A DNA stretch of 55,519 bases, filler included, from Jimgerdemannia flammicorona (taxonomy: Eukaryota): the NCBI GenBank assembly GCA_003990765.1. It is 3 parts of 3 records of this genome, joined end to end, with 100 filler letters (N's around TTAATTAATTAA, not from the genome) between each part and the next. Parts side by side here need not be neighbours in the genome. Positions count along the whole stretch, not along the records: positions 37,088 to 55,519 come from RBNJ01002211.1; 2 more parts are not named here. The stretch is one strand, 5' to 3'. Under the pieces are notes generated by a model. The model ran no database searches, was not told the origin of the DNA, and saw only the letters and a list, made by a program, of their open reading frames with translations. Every line of letters begins with the position of its first letter. Within the stretch, counting starts at the first letter, position 1. Of this stretch, positions 51,007-55,519 are shown piece after piece. Made by a program: the position numbers and the translations under genes.

Positions 51007-54000
51007 ATGACCATCTCCCCACTCCCACAACCCTACACTCAAACTTTTGCCTCTTCCACCACTTGTGGTCGCAAACACCGCAAACGCGGCGATCAGCTAC
51101 ACCTCAACGAGGACAGGTGCGGCGAGTTCACCGTGAAGCTGAATACCGGCGAACTCGTACGCGCCTTCTACGTGTTGGACGGCCATGGCGAGACAATACC
51201 AAAGTAATGCCGCGCATTTTCCGTGGCGGAGGGTATCTTTTTGCAAATAAGATCCAAGGATCTCACCCACTGCCATCCCGTTAATCCCCCTAATAACAAC
51301 CAGACATCCCCATTCAACCTTCTCCTCCCACGGTCAGCGTTACGTGAACCTCGTCCAGGTGCTGCTCCCGACCGTCCTTACGACCCTCCTTGATAGCGCC
51401 CTTTCAGCCTCTCCTTCTGACATGGACCCGCTTGTCACCCACCTCTCGCTCTTCCACGAGGAGATCGACACCCGCGCTCAGGCCGTCAATCCAAACCTGT
51501 GCGTCGAAAACGGCTCCACCGCCTTGCTCTCTTTTATCCTGCGCGACACACTGTACGTCCTGAGTGTCGGCGATTCGGCCGCGTTGTTGATGCACGAGGG
51601 GGTGCCGGTGCGTGTATGGAGAAGATGCGGACTCCAGGAGGACGGTGGTGTGTGCTCGTGGCCAGATTCCGTGGATGGATTTCCAAACGTGACAAAAGAA
51701 GGTTGGTAGAATTGAAAACAAAAAGGATGGGAGGCACGTATTGGATCTTATGTCTTTTAAATTGAAACCAACCAATTTATTTTTGGTTTCATTTGCGATC
51801 GCCAACCAGGCCAAACCTTTGAACACCTGAACCATGACTTTTGCGAAGTCTCAGAGAGTATAATAGGAACAGGGGACAATCATTATCGTCTATTATCAAA
51901 GACCTCTGGGTACTCGCTTGCTATGATCAATTCACTCGGTAAGTGTACGTTTTATTTTTTTGTTTTTGTCATTTCGTGTTCTCTATAAAATTATTTAGTA
52001 CGACATTGGATTATAATAAAACTCGCGCTCTCTCCTCTTCCCTCTTCTCCCCCCCCCCCCCCCGCAAGGCAATATGGGCCACAAATCTGTCATGCTCTCG
52101 CGCACGAACGTTTATGCCTTTTACTTGCCAACTCTCTTTCAACTCCTCCACCACCCCGCCAACAACGCTACCCCAGCCCCATTCCCGCCGGGCATCACGC
52201 TCCTCCTCTGCACCGACGGGGCCAAGGATGAGCTCACGTCACGTGAGATCACTCGCCTAATCCATGACCCGCGCGCGGGGATTGCGGCGCTTGCCGGCAT
52301 AGATCTTGGGCCCGACCATGCGGACGACGTGGTGGCGACAAACGCGCTGGTTTCGGCGTGCAATGACATTGTATGCAGGAACGGCGGCACATACGCGCCC
52401 CACGAGGTCAGGAACGCTGAGGCTAAGCGCGCAGTCGTCAGGGCCGTTAGGACGAGACGGGCGTGCATGGCGGCTGAGGGCGCGGGCGCAGAGGCCATGA
52501 AGGAAGAGGAGAAAATGAGGATGTTATTGGAGTGCGGATGCGAGGCTGTTGTCGCTGCGGCGGTGTTGATGGGAACCGATGATGATGTGACATGTGTGGC
52601 GGTTGCGATTACTCAGACTGGGAGTGGCACGCCAGTGGTTGGCATGGTTGGCGCTGGTGTTTGGGAGGGAAGGGGGGAGGGCATTGGTGAGGAAGATGGT
52701 GGTGTTGATAATGGCTGGGTCGGTAGTGCGGACGAGTTGACCGAGACGTGGTTTGAGCGGATGGACGCGACGCCGGACACCGAGGTCTCGCCAAGCCCCA
52801 TCGCCAGCCCGGTTGTTGGCTACCGCATGGATGCTGTCGAAAACGAGCTTGGACGCCGATACGAGACCATGCACGACTTGTTCAGCGACGACGATTCGCA
52901 CGAAGATGAAGACGATGAGGAAGACGATGAAGATCACCACCTCAACTACCTCTTCAGCCACGTGTACGATGAAAAGGAAGAGATCGGGTCGTCGCTGTTG
53001 ACGAGTGAGACGAGCGGGCGGGTGAGTCCGTTGTTGTGGCGGCATGAGGATGCAGATGTGGAGGAGAATGTAGATGTGGAAGTGGGATGGGAGGAGGAAA
53101 GCGAGGAGCAGGAAGAAGTACGGAACCAGCATAATATTCAGGGCGAGGAGAACAAGGAGCCAGCCGGGGAGTTCGATGTGCTCACGTGGTCGAACACGTT
53201 GGCAAACAGGGTTGTCGTAGTGGGGGATATAGAGGCGCGGGCGGGAGATGGCAAGGCTGTCCGGAGAGAGTTGAAAAGGGTATCGTGGGCGGAAGGGGTC
53301 AAAAGCGGCGATGAGAGTGATTTGAGTAGTGATTATGATCTAGATAATGATGTGGACATATGGGAAGAAGATGAGGGCGGGATTGGAGAGGAGGAAATAG
53401 AGGAGAGTGTCGAGGAAGACGAAGATGACTTGGCAGATCGGACGATAGATGCGGAGGATGATGCCGAGCACCTAGACAGCCCCGCAGGAGCGGACAACGA
53501 GACACACGACAGCGAGCTCCCCACAACAAATCATTTTCTCATCGAACCTCTTCCCTTCCCCGACATCCTCCATGCTGTCGAGACGAACACCACCCTCCTC
53601 CTTCCCTCCTCACCTCCCCAATCCCCGGCGCACCTCGCCGCCGCCTGCGAATCTAGTGCCCGCTTGCTGCCCCTCCCGGCTCTCCCCGTCGCTGAGGATC
53701 CCAACGTCGGCCTGCGCGTCATGATCGATCATCGTGCTTCGATCGAGAGCCTCGCGTCGTCGTCTAGCGACCTAGTGTGCGGAGGTGTCCTGCCACCTTT
53801 GTGTGACGTCGATCGCGGCCACATGGAGTCAAACACTGTCTCGCCTGTTTCGGACGGCGTCGATGGTGAGCGCGGGGTGTCGCAATCACGGGTGAAGAGG
53901 GTGCGGTTGATGGACCCCGATGAGGATGATGATACGGTGAGCATGTTTGGCGGCAGAAATGAAGATGATGAGACCATGTGGTCGGCGCAGGATGATGATA

Positions 54001-54101
54001 CGGTAGATGGAATGATTGAGAAAGCCAAGAAGATAATGAAGGTAGCTGTTGAGGCGAAGGTCGGCCAACGGGGGTTGAAACGGAAGGCTGAGGATGATTA
54101 G
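51007..54101 (+). CDS. Divergent PP2C/PPM-family phosphatase with a long acidic disordered C-terminus, multi-exon
   Basis: NEDR, YVLDGHG, GSTAL, SVGDS, NSLG, LLCTDG and DDDVTCV appear in order across exons. Confidence 0.85.
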
Positions 54102-55519
54102 CAAAACAGGGAGGGATGGTCAATAGGATGATTGCGACAAACAACAAACATCGGTATTGCGTAGGAGCAACGCACTTGTCGAACGTGGATTTTTGTCGTG
54201 GATCGGACCAGACATACATGGCTTGTCGATTCACCGATGCCGTCTGAACAGTAGACAGATACATACACCAAATGGACATCTCGTCCCAGGTTGCGAGATG
54301 AGTGTCTTGTTCGGGTTCGTTTTGTGGATCGCGACAACTTTGCGTTGCGAATTGGGTTTGATACTTTCTACCTGGCCTGGGGAGGCGATGTGTACATATA
54401 GAATATACATACATATATACTAATTTGCATGGTTTTGTTTTTGTTGCGATTGTAAACTGCATGTTGAATAATGAAAATAATATGCTTTTCCACTGCTTAC
54501 GGCTTTCTGTTAATGTCTAGTGGAGGATTTTGGGGATGTTTCATGCAGTGTGTTTCCAATGCCCTTTTTTTTTATTGTGTGATACAAACGCCAGAACTTG
54601 CAGCAATGACAAACATCGCGGGATCTTCCGATAGATTTGGAACACAAATCCTCTCTTGATACTGATTGTCAATGACGAGAAACGAAAGGCGTGATCATCA
54701 ACTGACACCGAGGGACGAGTGTGACGGCCCAAGCATATTCGGGAAAAGCAATCTACAAGGAACCCAGAGATCATTTCTAGGACTATTTTGCAGCTTAATG
54801 ATCATGATAATTGACTTTACTGATTTATTTAAAAGTGCTGATGACAGTATGTGAGAAAGGTGTTTTGTAGAGAAATTATGAATTTTGTTTAATTGTCTTA
54901 ATCTAGATTTGAATTTTAATAGTCTAATCTTAGAAAGCTTGAAATCAAGATAAAAAAAATTTAAGAATATAAGATAGTTAATATAAAATTCTTTATTTAA
55001 TTCTTTTTAAATTTAATTAGTACTCTCAACAAATTGATTTGAATTAAATTTGATTTATGTAATTTAAAATATTTAAATTAAATCAATTTAAATTGAGGTT
55101 TCAATTTGAATCAATTTGAATCAATTAAATTAATTAATAATATAAATTTAATTTAAAGTTTAATTCAAGCCTAGTTTTTTAAAATTTAATAAATTTTAGC
55201 TTATTGGATTTACTTTATTAAAATAAATCTAATATAATAAAGAATACTAAATTTAGATATATTTTTATTAAGTTATTATATTTTATTTGAGAGTATATAT
55301 TAGATTTAATATAAAAAAAAACTTTAATAAAAATAAATAAAAAGTAATAAATAATTATTTAAATATACTTAATTTTTAAACTATAGTATTTTATAGATAA
55401 ATTTATTTATAAAAATCTTGAAAAAAAAATTTTTTTAAGATTTTTTTTTAATTTTATATTTTAAGATTTTTTTTTTTTTTTTTTTTAATTTTTAAATTTT
55501 TTTTTTTTTATTTTTTTTT

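Noticed and set aside
54860..55519. Very AT-rich stretches (also 19190-19440, 25860-26290, 50210-50670)
   Set aside because: Probably terminally decayed repeats; no assignable structure.

Overview
Eukaryotic fungal genomic DNA with GT-AG introns. The gene set suggests an early-diverging Mucoromycota lineage, possibly Endogonales (inference only). It is three contigs joined by artificial N-TTAATTAATTAA-N linkers at 18453-18552 and 36988-37087. The window has two compartments. (1) Nested transposon piles at about 1-19.2 kb and 26-37 kb. These contain three copies of one L1/Tx1-like LINE, several decayed Ty3/Gypsy elements (one encoding a dUTPase, one apparently lacking RT), a foldback MITE, and at least two non-coding LINE-mobilised (SINE-like) elements. 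Older copies show strongly directional C->T/G->A mutation. (2) CpG-rich gene islands: cullin-1, a WW-domain Wwm1-like gene, a BTB-SPRY gene with a deleted duplicate, a decayed tyrosine-kinase-like gene, an Rpd3-type HDAC, a 4x LOTUS/OST-HTH coiled-coil protein and a PP2C-like phosphatase. The most promising leads are: passenger retroposons sharing 5' and 3' end motifs with the LINE; RIP-like hypermutation that hits TEs but spares a nearby gene duplicate; a gag-dUTPase-protease Ty3 element; and the tandem LOTUS protein. All calls were made by eye from motifs and manual alignments. No database searches were run.
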